Assembly: GCA_951406725.2 (NCBI GenBank)
Contig: OX597819.1
Location: 56,110,001 to 56,174,000 of the forward strand
DNA from: Octopus vulgaris
Taxonomy: Eukaryota
Direction of reading: 5' to 3'
Length of the DNA: 64,000 nt
The notes below the pieces were generated by a model. That model was not told where the DNA came from. It worked only from the letters and a program-made list of their open reading frames with translations, and made no database searches. The position numbers and the translations under genes are program-made. Positions within the stretch are counted from its first letter, which is position 1, and the number at the start of each line of letters is the position of its first letter. This document shows positions 24,987 through 39,228 of this stretch, piece by piece.

Positions 24987-26887
24987 GTTAAAAGCATAAA
25001 ATATTTTGTTGTATCTTTGGAGTGGAGTCATAACACTAATTTAAACATAATTTCCAGTGCGTGTGTTTGTTACTGGCACAATCCTTCCAAGATTTAGCAA
25101 AATTCTGTTTCAATGCAGGAATTACATCATGAACTCTGCAAGACAAATACAAATGTATAAGGCTAGCCACTGGATCTGGTTAAAAAGAGACGATGAGCGA
25201 TGGCTAGAAGAATATTAAGCTTTATTTGACAAACTGTTGATCTAGCAAGCGGGGCCTCATATCAGTATGGGGACCGGTGCGCAATGATGCCGTCGAGAGG
25301 TAGGCCCCGAAACGGCGCGCATTCTCTCCTGATGACACCATACGCTTACTGGCTTCCGGTGTGTGGAGCTTTAGACTGGTAGCACTTGCATATGCAAGTT
25401 GTTTGCAAAACATCTAAAGGATTTTATTTATTAATTTTACTTTTTCAAACTTAAATATGGAGAAAAAAAAAACTGGATGAAGTTAATATGTTAATATTTA
25501 TTTTGAATATCTTAATATAATATTAGGAATACCTGGGAAGGGTTTATAGTGATGTCATAGGTAAAGTAAATTCCCTGGACATTACTCTCTAAAGGCCTAG
25601 AACTCACAGGGTCGGTTACTCAGTTTTCATGGCATATAAGCGACCGGGATTATAACATTTCCCCTCATCATGAGGCTAGTTCTTCGTAAGGTGTGTCATT
25701 TACAGTAGAGTGGACTTGTGTAACGTGAAATGAAGCATTTTGCTGAAAAACACAACGCACGGGCTGGTCAGAAACTTGAAACTACGATCTTGCGGAAACA
25801 CTTGAACCGCTAGGCTATGAACCTTCAAAATAATGTAATAACTCCGGAGAAAAAAAAGAGACAAATTACTCAACACAAAGTCTAAAAATAACTTTGGGTG
25901 TATCAAGTTTATTTTAGCTGACAACAAAAATAAGTACGTAGATATTCCTCAAATCTGACTCCAATTTACTATAGAATATCAATGGTTTTGTTCCTTCATT
26001 GTTAATAATTGTCTTTCAGTTGATTAAATCTTTACCCAATACAAATAGTTTGTGTTTGTGCAAAAATGTAGAGAAAAATTGCAATGTGTTATTCATACTA
26101 GAAAGTGTCAGTCCAAAAAATATATTTTTACATCTCTTTCTTCATTCATCATCATCATCATTTAAACGTTCATTTCCTTTCTGTATTTATATGGGCCAGA
26201 TAGATTTGTTGAAACAAATTTTTCTACAGTCAGATGCCCTTCCTTTTGCCCTCACCTATTCCCAAGCTGGGTGATCATTTCCCAGAGTAATGAAAACAAA
26301 CAACACCACTTGTATGGAGACACTCATTAACAGCTATCGCATATCAAACACATACACACACACACACACATGAACACAAATATGCTGACTTGTCAATATT
26401 CTGTTGTAATCAAAGTGTTCAAATGTGAAAATTCAGGAAAAATAATTAAATCCACTATGGTTGCCATAATTTAGCCATCCAAAGTAAACGATACATCATT
26501 GAAACAAAAAGCTAACATCAGTTTAAAACTGAAGTATTTCCTAATATTAAGAAGTCTTTGTGATGCAGTATTAGTTTTGTGAAATATATATATATGGTTC
26601 TCATGTAATAAGATATTTCTAACATTCCTTTGTGTGTAGTTTTAGTACATTTTCGATTTTCTCGAGAAAGCAAGAAAATCTGCAGAACAACAAATTGACC
26701 GGGTGAATTTCAGAATGCTATAGATATGTTTTTCCAAGTAAAACGTAAAAATAAAAGTGCTACACACATACACATACAAACACACAGAGACACAGACAGA
26801 GACATACTCAAACATGTATATGTATATCTATTCTTATGTATATTTATATCTAATCTTATGTATATTTATATCTGTTCTTATGTATAT

Positions 26888-27060
26888 CTTAACATGTCTA
26901 GTCAGGTTCAACCACAAAATATGCTGGGTATTTTAGTGCGTATCATAGGAGAATAACTTTTCCCTTTTAGACAACAGTGAGTACTGTAGAAGTTATTGTT
27001 CTAAGACATACATGTCAGCGGCCAGCATATTTTGCGTGTGAACCTGCTTGATGCGTAAAG
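26888..27060. mobile_element. Fold-back MITE-like element
   Basis: caggttcaaccacaaaatatgctgg / ccagcatattttgcgtgtgaacctg inverted repeat. Confidence 0.55.
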
Positions 27061-27113
27061 AAGAAATATGCACTTTACTAATGTCCCATCTCGCCGTAGA
27101 CATAGCGAACAGC

Positions 27114-27184
<71 letters not shown>

Positions 27185-27188
<4 letters not shown>

Positions 27189-27695
27189 ACCCCTCTCCGA
27201 AATTACTAGCTTTGTGCCAAAAATTGAACCTATATATGTATATTGTGAAGGCGGCGTGCTGGCATAGTCGTCACTGCACCGTGAAAAATATGCTTAGTGG
27301 CATTTCATCCGACTTTACATTCTGATTTCAAATTCTGCTGAGATCAACTTTGCTTTTTATTCTTTCGGGATCGATACATCAAGTACCAGTTGAGCACTGG
27401 GGTCGATGTAATCGATTTAATCCCTCTCCGAAATTACTGGCTTTGTGCCAAAAATTGAACCTATATATGTATATTGTGAAGGCGGCGTGCTGGCATAGTC
27501 GTCACTGCACCGTGAAAAAAATGTTTAGTGGCATTTCATCCGACTTTACATTCTGAGTTCAAATTCTGCTGAGGTCAACTTTGTTTTTTATTCTTTCGGG
27601 ATCGATACATTAAGTACCAGTTGAGTACTGGGGTCGATGTAATCGACAAAACCCCTTTCCTTAAGTGCTGGCCTTGTGCCAAAATTCAAAACCAA
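27185..27695 (+). repeat. ~231-bp tandem duplication containing SINE S2
   Basis: ccctctccgaaattact...gatgtaatcga repeated at 27190 and 27421. Confidence 0.85.
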
Positions 27696-29037
27696 TATAA
27701 TCTGTCTGTTATACCTTCGGTGCCGTAACAGGTTTCCATCTGTTTTTACTTGAGAATTGCTGGTTGTATTGAATAGGCATTGAAAAGAAACGTATTTGTT
27801 GCTAAAATTAATCAGCATACATTTGACTGTATACCGAAAAGTTAGTCTGTTTAAATGTCAAACAATGTGTGTGTAGGTAGCAGAGAGATTGCGTCAGAGA
27901 ATTTTAACATGTAGTCAGGGATTACTGATCATATGAATCTGAAAATGCAGCTATTGAGATACCCGAGCAGAGCCTGTTTATCGAAGCATGGAGAATGAGA
28001 ATATTTCCCCGAGTTGAATTGGAAAGAAATCAATATAACGAGAGCATAGAAAATGTTGTTCATATTTGTTGGATTGTATATTGGTGAATAAAAATGTTAA
28101 TTAAAAGGCAGCTTACGAGTAAAGTAACAATGACCGGTGTGAAATATCTTTCAAGGTATGATTCGCATAATATTTTAAATGAAGTAAAAATATTCCACCC
28201 GTCCTATATTGTAGAACAGGCAGAATATTTGATTATTTATGGCCGTTTGAAAATTTTTTAATATTGAATATTTCGATGACTATCTAAAAAAAAAAAAAGA
28301 AAATTAATAAAGCTTATTCATTATGGGAGGAATCTTAAAGTTTGTTACTCTGTATATAAGAGAGCTATGTCAACTCTATTAACTTAAAATTTGAATGAAT
28401 ATAAATGATATCGAATATTTGCCGCGTAGTAGCTAAGTCGTAATAGCAAACAATTTTTAAAAATAAAGGTTATGAATTCTGTGGAGGCCGTGAACTGATA
28501 AAATCGTTACCACACTGTCAAAATGCTTAGCGGTATTTCATCTGTCTTTATGTCGGCATAATTGTTTGTACGCCGGACAAAATGCTTTGCAACAATTTTT
28601 CCGGTTCCTTACTCCTTGAGTTTAGATCCCACCGACGTCAACTTTGCTTCTCATACATTCGATCATTCTGGGTCGATAAAATAAAGAAGCAGTGAAATAC
28701 CGGTGTGGATTAACCTTCCTTGTGAGTCTCTGGTCTCAAGGAAAAAACTGGATTTCCGTTCAATCATATACAGTAATCTCTCGCCATATCGCGATTCACC
28801 TATCACGGTTCACTCATCGCGGTTTATTATTCAAGCTTACGTCGATTCCTTTGTGGTGTTGTTTTGCATTTATAATAAAATAAATCTTCTTTTATTCTTT
28901 TATTTGTTTCAGTCATTTGACTGCGGTCATGCTGGAGCACCGCCTTTAGTCGAACAAATCTACCACATGGCCTATTCTTTGTAAGCCTAGTACTTATTCG
29001 ATCAGTTATTTTTACCGAACCGCTAACTTACGGGGTC

Positions 29038-30112
29038 TTCTACATTTTGTGGTGTCTGTTTTTTCTTTTTCCTTTTCTCTTGTGGGGAAATGGGGTGGGT
29101 GGGTTTGGTGTCTGTATGGGGAGGATGGGTCTGAGTGGTCTTGGGTGGGATGGAGTTGTACTGGGGTACCACATCATACTCAGTGACATTTCTTTTTTCC
29201 TCTTTCTCCTTCTGCTCTCTGTAACTTTCCATTCTTTCTCCTTTTTCTCGTTTCTTCCGTCTATTTTTCTTTCTCTCTTTTCTCTTCTATCTCCACAACT
29301 ATATCCTCAGCCATTGTCCTACCCACAACCTCAGCACAATTTCCGCCAACGTCACTGTCTCTGCCAAGTTCTCCAATTGACCTTTCTCCGCCTGAATAAT
29401 TAGTTGCAATGTCCTTCCTTTCCACCCTCCTTCTCCTGTTTCTGTGGCTTGGAGGACAGCCACCTTCTCTTCGCTTCCAACAAGGACAGCTACCGCTACC
29501 CAAGCCATTTCTATATCCGGTGGATTAGCTTCTACCCTCACCTTGGAAGTCTTTCTTCCAAGATACGTGGGCAGAAGCACTACTTCCTCCGTCCTCACCG
29601 CTACACTCGCCAGCCTCCTCGCCTCTTCCACTGTCCTAAACTGGACAACCGTATTTACTTCCTCTTGTTATATACGTAATTTGACTCGATTGTTTCATCT
29701 CCTCAGTGCCTTTTCTATTTTTTCCGTTTCCACCTGTTCAAACCTCTTATTCTCCAAGGAGTGTACCTTGTAGGTGATGGTCTTCTTTTCCATATTTACT
29801 ATAACCTTTTTCGGGGATAATAACTTTACATCACTGCCCACCTTCTGTGTCATTTTACACAGCTCCTTCAGTCCGGTTCGATCTACTTCCCTGCAGCCTC
29901 AACAAAACTCTTTACTTTTTCCAAGTACTCGTCCATTCTGTTTACCGCCTTAACGAGCTCCTCCTTTGCTGAGGATAGTTCATACTCGCTAAGGTCCGAA
30001 TACATTCCTTTCCACTGGTACAACACTCACCGACAATCCGCTGACAAGCAACTCAAAAAATTCCGTCCGGCTCATCAAAAATCAACACAGCGAATAAACC
30101 GACAATGCGCGT
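29038..30112 (-). mobile_element. Retroelement ORF1-like fragment (possibly L1/Tx1 group) inside an S1 SINE
   Basis: Broken frame from ATG at 30005 (MYSDLSEYELSSAKEELVKAVNRMDEYLEK...) continuing in 29299-29631; flanked by S1 tail (28893-29037) and S1 head (30113-30142). Confidence 0.5.
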
Positions 30113-30171
30113 AAGCAAGCTACTTACCACGCAGCCACTCCTGTTATAAAAATAATACAAAAGATATACAG

Positions 30172-30257
30172 TACAGTGCTGTTTCTACTTCGCGGATTTT
30201 CACCTGTCACAAGGGGTGTTGGAACGTAACACCCGCGATAGTCGAGGGATTACTGTA
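30172..30257. mobile_element. Tc1/pogo(Tigger)-type MITE
   Basis: TA-cagt...tcgcgg / ccgcga...actg-TA termini. Confidence 0.6.
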
Positions 30258-30479
30258 TAACATAACTAGACTGCATATTTTCGGTACGTAGATATATTTT
30301 AAAATGAAGTTACTGGGTTCGCATTCCATGAAAAGATATGCTGTTTTACCGGCATTATCTTTTGCACTTGTGGTTATTCTTTCATGAAAATATATTTATG
30401 GTAACGTAATTAATAACATAATCTTGGAGATACAAAAAAAAACCCGTATATTCCTACTACGGTTAATGTTTCTTAATTT

Positions 30480-31470
30480 AGGCTGAAGGCCTGCAATTTT
30501 GAGCGTAAAGGGTAAGTCACTAACGTCAACCCTAGTATTTTACTGATGTTATATTTTATTATATTATCCTTGGTGGGATTTGAACTCAGAGTGTACAAAA
30601 GCAGAAGAAATACTGGTTTCAAATTTTGGCACAAGGCCAACAATTTTTGGGGTTGGGGGTAAGTCGATTATCTCGATCTCAGTGCACAATTGGTACTTCT
30701 TTTATTGACCTCCTCCCACCACCACCACCGTGAAAGGATGAAAGGTAAAAGCGATCTCAGCGGAATTTGAACTCAGAACATAAAGATGGTCGAAATGCCC
30801 TAAGCGTCTTGCTCGGTGTGCTAACGACTATGCCATCAAACCGCCTTAACCCTTTGACCCCTAACCTCCTGAACCTTATTTTACCACATACCTGGCACTC
30901 CACCGGTGCTACGGTATGGAGAAGAATAAGCCATCCACCGGTAAACCGGTGTTACGGGCTCAAAAGGTTAAGGCGGAAGAAATTTGCAAAGCACCTTTCC
31001 CGACGTTCTAACGATATTCTGCCCTACGAATATATGATAATTCTTTTTATCTTTTTAATCATGGCCGGAGACTAGCATTCTTTCGAAGAGTGGAAAGTCG
31101 ATTGCATTAACTCCGGCGCTGAATTGATACTTTTTAAATAAACTCCGAAATGATGAAAGGCAAAGTCAAGTTCGGTGGAATTTGAACTCAGAACGTAGTG
31201 AATCGGAAGAAATACCACCAGGCATTTTGTCTGACGTTTCAACGATCCGAACAACTCTCGGCCCAACGAATACACAGCAACGGTTTTTGATTTTGGCACA
31301 AAGCCTGAAATTACACCGATTTCAGTGAATAAGTGAAATGTATTTTATCGATCGCAAAAGGATAGAAGGCAAAGTCTACTACAGCAGAATTTGAACTCAA
31401 ATCTTAAAGACTGACGGAATGTCACTAAGTATCTTGCCCTGTGTGGTGACGAATCTGCCATTTCTCCGCC
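30480..31470 (-). mobile_element. Cluster of degenerate SINE S2 copies
   Basis: Repeated ggaatttgaactcagaac and gaaaggcaaagtc motifs. Confidence 0.7.
30846..30971. mobile_element. piggyBac-type MITE
   Basis: TTAA-ccctttgacccctaac ... gttacgggctcaaaagg-TTAA. Confidence 0.75.
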
Positions 31471-32662
31471 TTTTAACGAATACATAATAATGAAATTTGA
31501 TTGTAATATAGATTTTTAAAAGATGGATTCATTGATGCCAAGAAAAGTCAGTTAACTATTGCGTAAGGCAAAGTAAATACGGAAGGAATGGTAAAATCAA
31601 GAAATATTTTCGAGATCTCCAGCTAGTCAGATTATAAGATAAATATGTAAACGGAAAACTCATTTGCAACGAAGAGCAGCTGTTGAGGAAAATTCCATTC
31701 AAATTTAATACAAACATTTACATATTCAAAACAAAGTTTGATATTAAAAATAAGTGATTTCTCCTTAGGAAACAAAATTCTTTGAGGCAAATATCTTGAT
31801 ACAGATAAACAGAAATAACATATAATCATATGCCATTATCTGTACAACTATCAATCCTGTTTGATTACTAACTAAATTAGATTGTAAAGTTCTGTTCAAA
31901 TCTTATGATAAGAAAGTATCGATCAATATAATGCGCCATACGTGATGAACAAAACGGTTACATAATCAGATATATGGTTTCTGGAAGCTCACAAATATGC
32001 TCCAGGATATTAGAGAGCTGAAATGAAAACTGTAATCATAGGTTGAGAGAAAAACACACAAAAACCAGCGCAAGTGGAAAATTGTATCATATGAGATTTT
32101 AGCTTACGGAAGATGAAATATAGTAATGTTGACTGGTAACTACATAAACAAGTGTAAAAGTTGTCACGAAGGAAACAGTTATTTGGTCTTGACAACGAAT
32201 CAGAAAAACATATAGTTATATTCGAGATGAACATAAGCCGCACCATTTTCCACCGGTCTTAAAAGGCCTGTGAAAACCATAGACATGGGCCTTCTCTCCA
32301 GGGTATTCACATAAAACAGAAAGAAATAGATGTATTAACATACTTTAGGGCCACTAAATGAAGCGGGTCGGAGAAGGTTGGTGAACCACACGTTTCCACT
32401 AAACTGCGCTCGTATAGATGCATTCGTATGTATCCATCGATTTATCAATAGGTAGAGTTTCCTGTTTTTCAATGCGCGCGCGCACACACACTCACACTCA
32501 AACACAAACACACTAACATATATACATACATACACATACACACATCCTCTACATGCATGATGAAAGAGGTTCGTTCTATGAGCCTACGAAAGTATAAGAT
32601 GAATATGGCTGAGACAAACTGTTACATATAAATACATATACACACCTGACGATACATATATG

Positions 32663-32795
32663 CTTACCAACCACATGGTGCTGGGTTCAGTCTCACTGCG
32701 TGGCACCTTGGGCAAGTGTCTTCTACTATAGCTTAGAGCTGATCAACGCCTTGTGAGTGGATTTGGTAGTCGGGAACTGAAAGAAGCCCGACGTA
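32663..32795 (+). mobile_element. SINE S1 5' part running into (TCTA)n
   Basis: Matches S1 head. Confidence 0.75.
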
Positions 32796-32910
<115 letters not shown>

Positions 32911-33165
32911 GTATCTATATTTTGTTCAACGTCCTAAAACTTAGCCAGCTTGCTTTATATATGTATGTATGTTAATCATTTCAAGAAATGTTTGCGCATG
33001 TATATCCGTATGTTAACTAAGAGTAGTATAGCCGTCATACGCAAGCACGATTAATTTGGAAATGCAATATTTTTTCGCTAATTGCTTTTAGGTGTGTGTG
33101 TAGGACTGCGTCACCGTGGGCATCCTCTTGGCGATTCGACCGTTCAGTCAGCGGAACAGAGAGAG

Positions 33166-33227
<62 letters not shown>

Positions 33228-34374
33228 TCACTGATACCGCATTTCAGCTGAGCTTACTGGGACAAGTACAATGAAGTGCTTTGCTTAAGGAACAGGGCAC
33301 AACCCGCTGGCTGGTCCCGGAAGCGGAACCACAACCCTAGGACCGTGAGTGTAACAGCGCTACCTACTCAGCCACATATCGTCATTGCGTAACTAATGTG
33401 CTAATAGCTATACATGATGGAATATATCTTCAGATGATTATTATATCACAGAAACCCGCTAAAATGTTGCAGTAACGATTCTGCAAAGACATGCTAGATT
33501 AGGTTCAAACCAGCAGTTTCTGGAGATCTAAAGATCTCGTTGCTATGTTTCCCCTGACATTCGTATCATTTATAACCTTAAATGATACGTATGTTAGGGA
33601 AACAGCAATGAGATACGATAAAAAGTTTCAACAAAAGAACTGGAAGAGAGAAGTAGATACTTAAATTCACCTTGTTTATCACCTAGAGGTAATAAATTAG
33701 GTGTCAAATTCTCGAGCATAACATGACCACTTCGAATTTACATTAAAAGTCATCTCATAAGTCAATACTCAAGCTGAATATTAATCTGCTGGCAAGGAAT
33801 TTCGTATTTGGAATACAATTAATTTTTGAAATAACTTGTGACAGAAAAGTCTACTCCAAAAGGTTTTACATTAAAATAAATGAATACATAAATAAATAAA
33901 TGAAAATAAGAAAATAAGAAAATAAGAAAAAAGCAAAAAGTGCAACGCTGATGCATAACGTTGCTTAGCCAAGATTTAAACTACACTAGAGAACTTAAAA
34001 ATGCGGAAATGTTCTAATTTAGAATGGCGTTTCCAGTGGTGAGTGTGGGTATTGTGATTGGAAGTATATATAATATCAGCAATTTGTCACGTAGAATGTA
34101 AACAAGAAAATCTATTGGCATCAAAGTCGAGTATCACAAGTGATCTGGAAATATTTGGAACAAAATGCTGATCTTGTGAAGAGCAGAAGAAACGATAGGA
34201 CGACGAAGCAAAATATGCTAAAACGTTCTGCGTTAGTTTGTAGAATCTAGGAATTTCCAATGAAATTACTGTGGAAGGGGGAAATGAAATTTTGAATGTT
34301 CCAAGAGAATGCGTCGTTTTTTATGAAGGAAAATATAATTCATGTATATACATACATAAAAGTATATATGTATA

Positions 34375-34575
34375 TACTCTTTTACTTGTTTCAGTCATTT
34401 GACTGCGGTCATGCTGGAGCACCGCCTTTAGTCGAGCAAATCTACCCCAGGAGTTATTCTTCGTAAGCCTAGTACTTATTCTATCAATCTCTTTTGCTGA
34501 ACCGCTATGTTACGGGGACGTAAACACATCAGCATCGGTTGTCAAGCGATGTTGGTGAGGACGAACACAGACACA

Positions 34576-34667
<92 letters not shown>

Positions 34668-34836
34668 CATATATACGACGGGGTTCTTTCAGTTTCCGTC
34701 TACCAAATCTACTCACAGGGCTTTGGTCAGCCCGAGGCTATAGTTGAAGACACTTGCCCAAGGTGCCACGGCGGGACTGGACCCGGAACCATGTGGTTGG
34801 TAAGCGAGCTATTTTCCACACAGTTTCTCCTACGCC
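34375..34836 (-). mobile_element. SINE S1, full length
   Basis: Colinear with 8976-9414. Confidence 0.9.
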
Positions 34837-34892
<56 letters not shown>

Positions 34893-36023
34893 CTTAGATA
34901 TGTGAGTATGTATGTGTGTGTGTAAGAGCATGTGTGTGTGTGTGTGTGTGTGTGCGTGTGTCAGTATGTTCTTGTACCGCTGCTTCCGTGCGTGCGCTCG
35001 GTGTATTTATGCATTAGCATAGAAATCAAAGCTTGTTCAATACTCACACCCACGACTGCAACGCTAATTTCGTAATGTACAGGTTTAGGTGCGAGAGTTT
35101 AATACACACCTAGATTTATTTTATTTCACCTGACTACCAGGCAAATCGCGAGAAATTCAGGAACACATTAACATCTCCAGTTACTTTACACTCATGCTCA
35201 CTCTTACGTGTACAGATACTTCCACAGACACTCACACCCACGCACAGGCAATCACACACATTCACACAGCCACTCGTACAGAAATACATAACGCACGTAC
35301 ACACATACGTGACGTACGCTCTCATACGCGCGCACCTACGCATACAAACAATTATTAAAACATTCAGATTTGAATTTCACAGTTTCACTTCTCGAGTTCC
35401 ATGAAAGCTAAGAGCAATTCTCAGTTATTGAATCCTTAGCAGTATTTTCAGCTCACCTATTGTTAATTGATTTTTATTTTCACTGATCGATCTTATTGTT
35501 GTTTAGCTCCGAGTAATCCGACATGGGGCATCCGTATGATCAAAATGCTTTCTTGCTAAAACCAATCTTTTTTTAGGCCACCGTATACCTAAGACTACAA
35601 CATCTAATGTGGTAAGGCTTAATGTCAAGGAGTTATAATTGTTATATCTCGCATTCAAAGACTATCTATAATGACTACTGCGTTGAGATGACTTTGTTGA
35701 AGATGTTTGTTGAAGAGGCTGTTATATTTTGGCCAAACACACACATACACGCACATACACACACACACATACATAAGTATGTGTGTGTGTGTGAATAGTG
35801 CCTGTATTTCAATGGGTCAGTCTTGTCACATTTTGTGTCACACTGAATCTCCCTGCGAACTATTTTAAGGGTACGCGTGTCAGTGGAATTCTCAGCCACC
35901 TGCACATTAATTTCACTAGCAGGCTGTTCCGTTGATCGAATGAACTGGATCACTCGTCGTCGTAACCAACTAAGTACCAAAAGAATATATATATATATAT
36001 ATGTATGTATGCATGTATGTATG

Positions 36024-36095
<72 letters not shown>

Positions 36096-36156
36096 AATGT
36101 GCGCATATATATATATATATATATGCACATATACATAAGGACATGTATGTAAACAT

Positions 36157-36368
36157 GGGGTGTGTGCTGAAAAGTTCCTGGTTTTAAGGGTATCGCGAAA
36201 GGCTTGGCCGGAGCCCCAACCTTACGAGTTCTTTTGCAGGGCTTAGAAACACCGAAGGACTGCTGCAATAAGTGTGTGAATCTGAGAGGGGAATATGGTG
36301 AATAAAATCATTATTAACTGATCCTCTTGCATTTTCTTTTACCTAAAACCAAGAACCTTTCAGTTCCT
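36157..36368 (+). mobile_element. Mariner-derived MITE (second family)
   Basis: TIR ctgaaaagttcctggtttta / taaaaccaagaacctttcag; residual transposase C-terminus KCVNLRGEYGE*. Confidence 0.7.
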
Positions 36369-36373
36369 GTCAC

Positions 36374-36795
36374 ATGTATGTATGTATGTATGTATGTATG
36401 TATGTATGTATGTATGTATGTATGTATGTATGTATGTATGTATGTATGTATGTATGTATTTATGTATGTATGTATGTATGTATGTGTGTATGTATGTATG
36501 TGTGTATGTATGTATGTATGTATGTATGTATGTATGTATGTATGTATGTGTGTGTGTGTATGTATGTATGTATGTATGTATTTATGTATGTATGTATGTA
36601 TGTATGTATGTATGTATTTATGTATGTATGTATGTATGTATGTATGTATGTGTGTATGTATGTGTGTATGTATGTATGTATGTATGTATGTATGTATGTA
36701 TGTGTGTATGTATGTGTGTATGTATGTATGTATGTATGTATGTATGTATGTATGTATGTATGTATGTGTGTGTGTGTATGTATGTATGTATGTAT
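36374..36795. repeat. (TATG)n microsatellite, ~420 bp
   Basis: Directly visible. Confidence 0.98.
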
Positions 36796-36963
36796 ACTCG
36801 AGTAATGTTATCTTCAAGAAATTCATGATTAACGACTGAATATTTATTGTAGGCGCAACTCTATGCTGATAGTTGAGTCAAATTTATTCTGAACATCAAG
36901 CTGACTGGGAGATTTAGGTTTGCCTATAGAGTTATATATATTCACATGTACACACGTACATAT

Positions 36964-37460
<497 letters not shown>

Positions 37461-38099
37461 AACAATACATACATGCACACATCCACCCACTCACCTACGT
37501 ACACGCGCACGCGCGTATACACATATGCATATATACATAAAATGGACTCCCGTGTTGGGAACAACTTATAATAGTTTTTCCGATTAGCACTAAGAAAATT
37601 GTTCAGTGAATCAACGTGTGAGTGGTTGAGTATTCCATAGACAATCGTTACCCTTAATGTAATTCTTAAGTATAATTAACATCTTAAAATGTGATGAGCA
37701 GGGATTTTGAATTACAAGTACAAGTCAGCCGGCGTGTATTCCGTACATTTTCTCGTCTGCCCAGTTTCCTTCATAATGACCGTCTGTGCTTTGCCGCAAG
37801 TTTGATGACTTTCCGTAAATAATGGAAATGACTTTAACAGTATCATTTGGAATAACATAATTCAACAGGATATATACCATGGCCTTTCCTTTGATACCAT
37901 TGAATCGTCGTGGTCATGTATAGTACGCTTTTGCAGTGCGCTGACGAATTGTTTTACCCTGATTTCTCATAGTATTATTTCGTCCTGAAGGCGAGGTTGA
38001 CTTAACCTTTTATCCTTTTGGGGTCGATGAATTAAGTACCATTTGCGTACTGGGTTCGATCTAATCGACTGGCCCCCTCTCGCCCAAAATTTCGGGCCT

Positions 38100-38426
38100 T
38101 GTGCCGAGAGGAGTGTCGTGGACGGAGAAAAGGACGAACAACTGGGTACTAGAAAAGCTCGGTTGCGAGATGACACTTCGGCGAAACATCATGAAGTGCA
38201 AGCTACGGTTCCTTGGCCACGTCATGCGCCGGGATGGATTTGAGCGAACGATCATAACTGGCAAGGTGAACGGCAGACGTAAAAGAAGCAAACCACCACT
38301 TCTTGTCTGAAAGACATCGTAGCCACAGGATTGTCTTTATTCTCAGCTGTCCGTTGAGTAGAAGACAGGAGAAGGTGGTAAGACATCGTGATGACCACAG
38401 CATCGCATAGATTGATGATGATGATG
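38100..38426 (+). mobile_element. RTE LINE 3' end
   Basis: VSWTEKRTN..VL, KLRFLGHVMRRDG, GKVNGRRKR motifs; (GAT)n tail. Confidence 0.85.
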
Positions 38427-38869
38427 CCTAGAGGGAGAAAAGTATTATTTCGTCCTGATTTCTCATAGCATCACTTCATCCTGATTTTTCATAACAATAT
38501 TTCGTCCTGATTTCTCATAGTGTTTTCTTGGTAGATATATTGGGGTGTTTTGCCACTGTCTTTCCCCAACTGGATGGTTATTGGCGCACAGGGAACTAAT
38601 CCGCCCTTCGACAAGTTTTGTTTTAGTCCTTCTTTCAAGAGTTGCTAGCTACTTCAGTGGTAGGTACCAGTTTAGTCGTCGAACACCTGACCATGAAACG
38701 GATAGCACTGGTTTACATGGTAGAAGCAGTATGTCTCATCGTTTGTGATGAGATCCGTGACCTGACTACACTATCCAATACCCCAGGTAAAAGCGCAAAT
38801 ATCACAAAACTGTTTAAAGCTTAAAATACCGAAAAATATTAAAATACTGAAAAATATCAGGTATCATCG

Positions 38870-39160
38870 GATAGAATCCATTCGTTTACAAACATTTGCT
38901 GGACTTCTGTAACAAGACCTCAAGAAGGAAACAAACTAACAGTTATCTCGGAAGAATACAGTTATCCACTTTCCAAAAGAAGGTGAGATTCCTCTGGCTA
39001 AGGAATACAGAAGAATTATACTTTTACCTCTGACCTCAAAAGTATAGAACTTAACAACCGTGAAGAGAATCTCCTTTCACATTGATTCTATCAAAATACG
39101 GAACCAAAACGGCTTTCACAAAGGTATATTAACAATATGGGATATCATTGCTCTTAAAAA
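38870..39160 (+). mobile_element. Decayed LINE RT N-terminal fragment
   Basis: EYRRIILLPLTSKV and RNQNGFHKG-like motifs. Confidence 0.6.
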
Positions 39161-39168
39161 ATTAAAGA

Positions 39169-39228
<60 letters not shown>

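Noticed and set aside
25283-25336. SECIS, type II hammerhead or HDV-like ribozyme
   Set aside because: Helix spacing is asymmetric for SECIS, there is no stem II pairing for a hammerhead, and the P1.1/P3 pattern for HDV is missing
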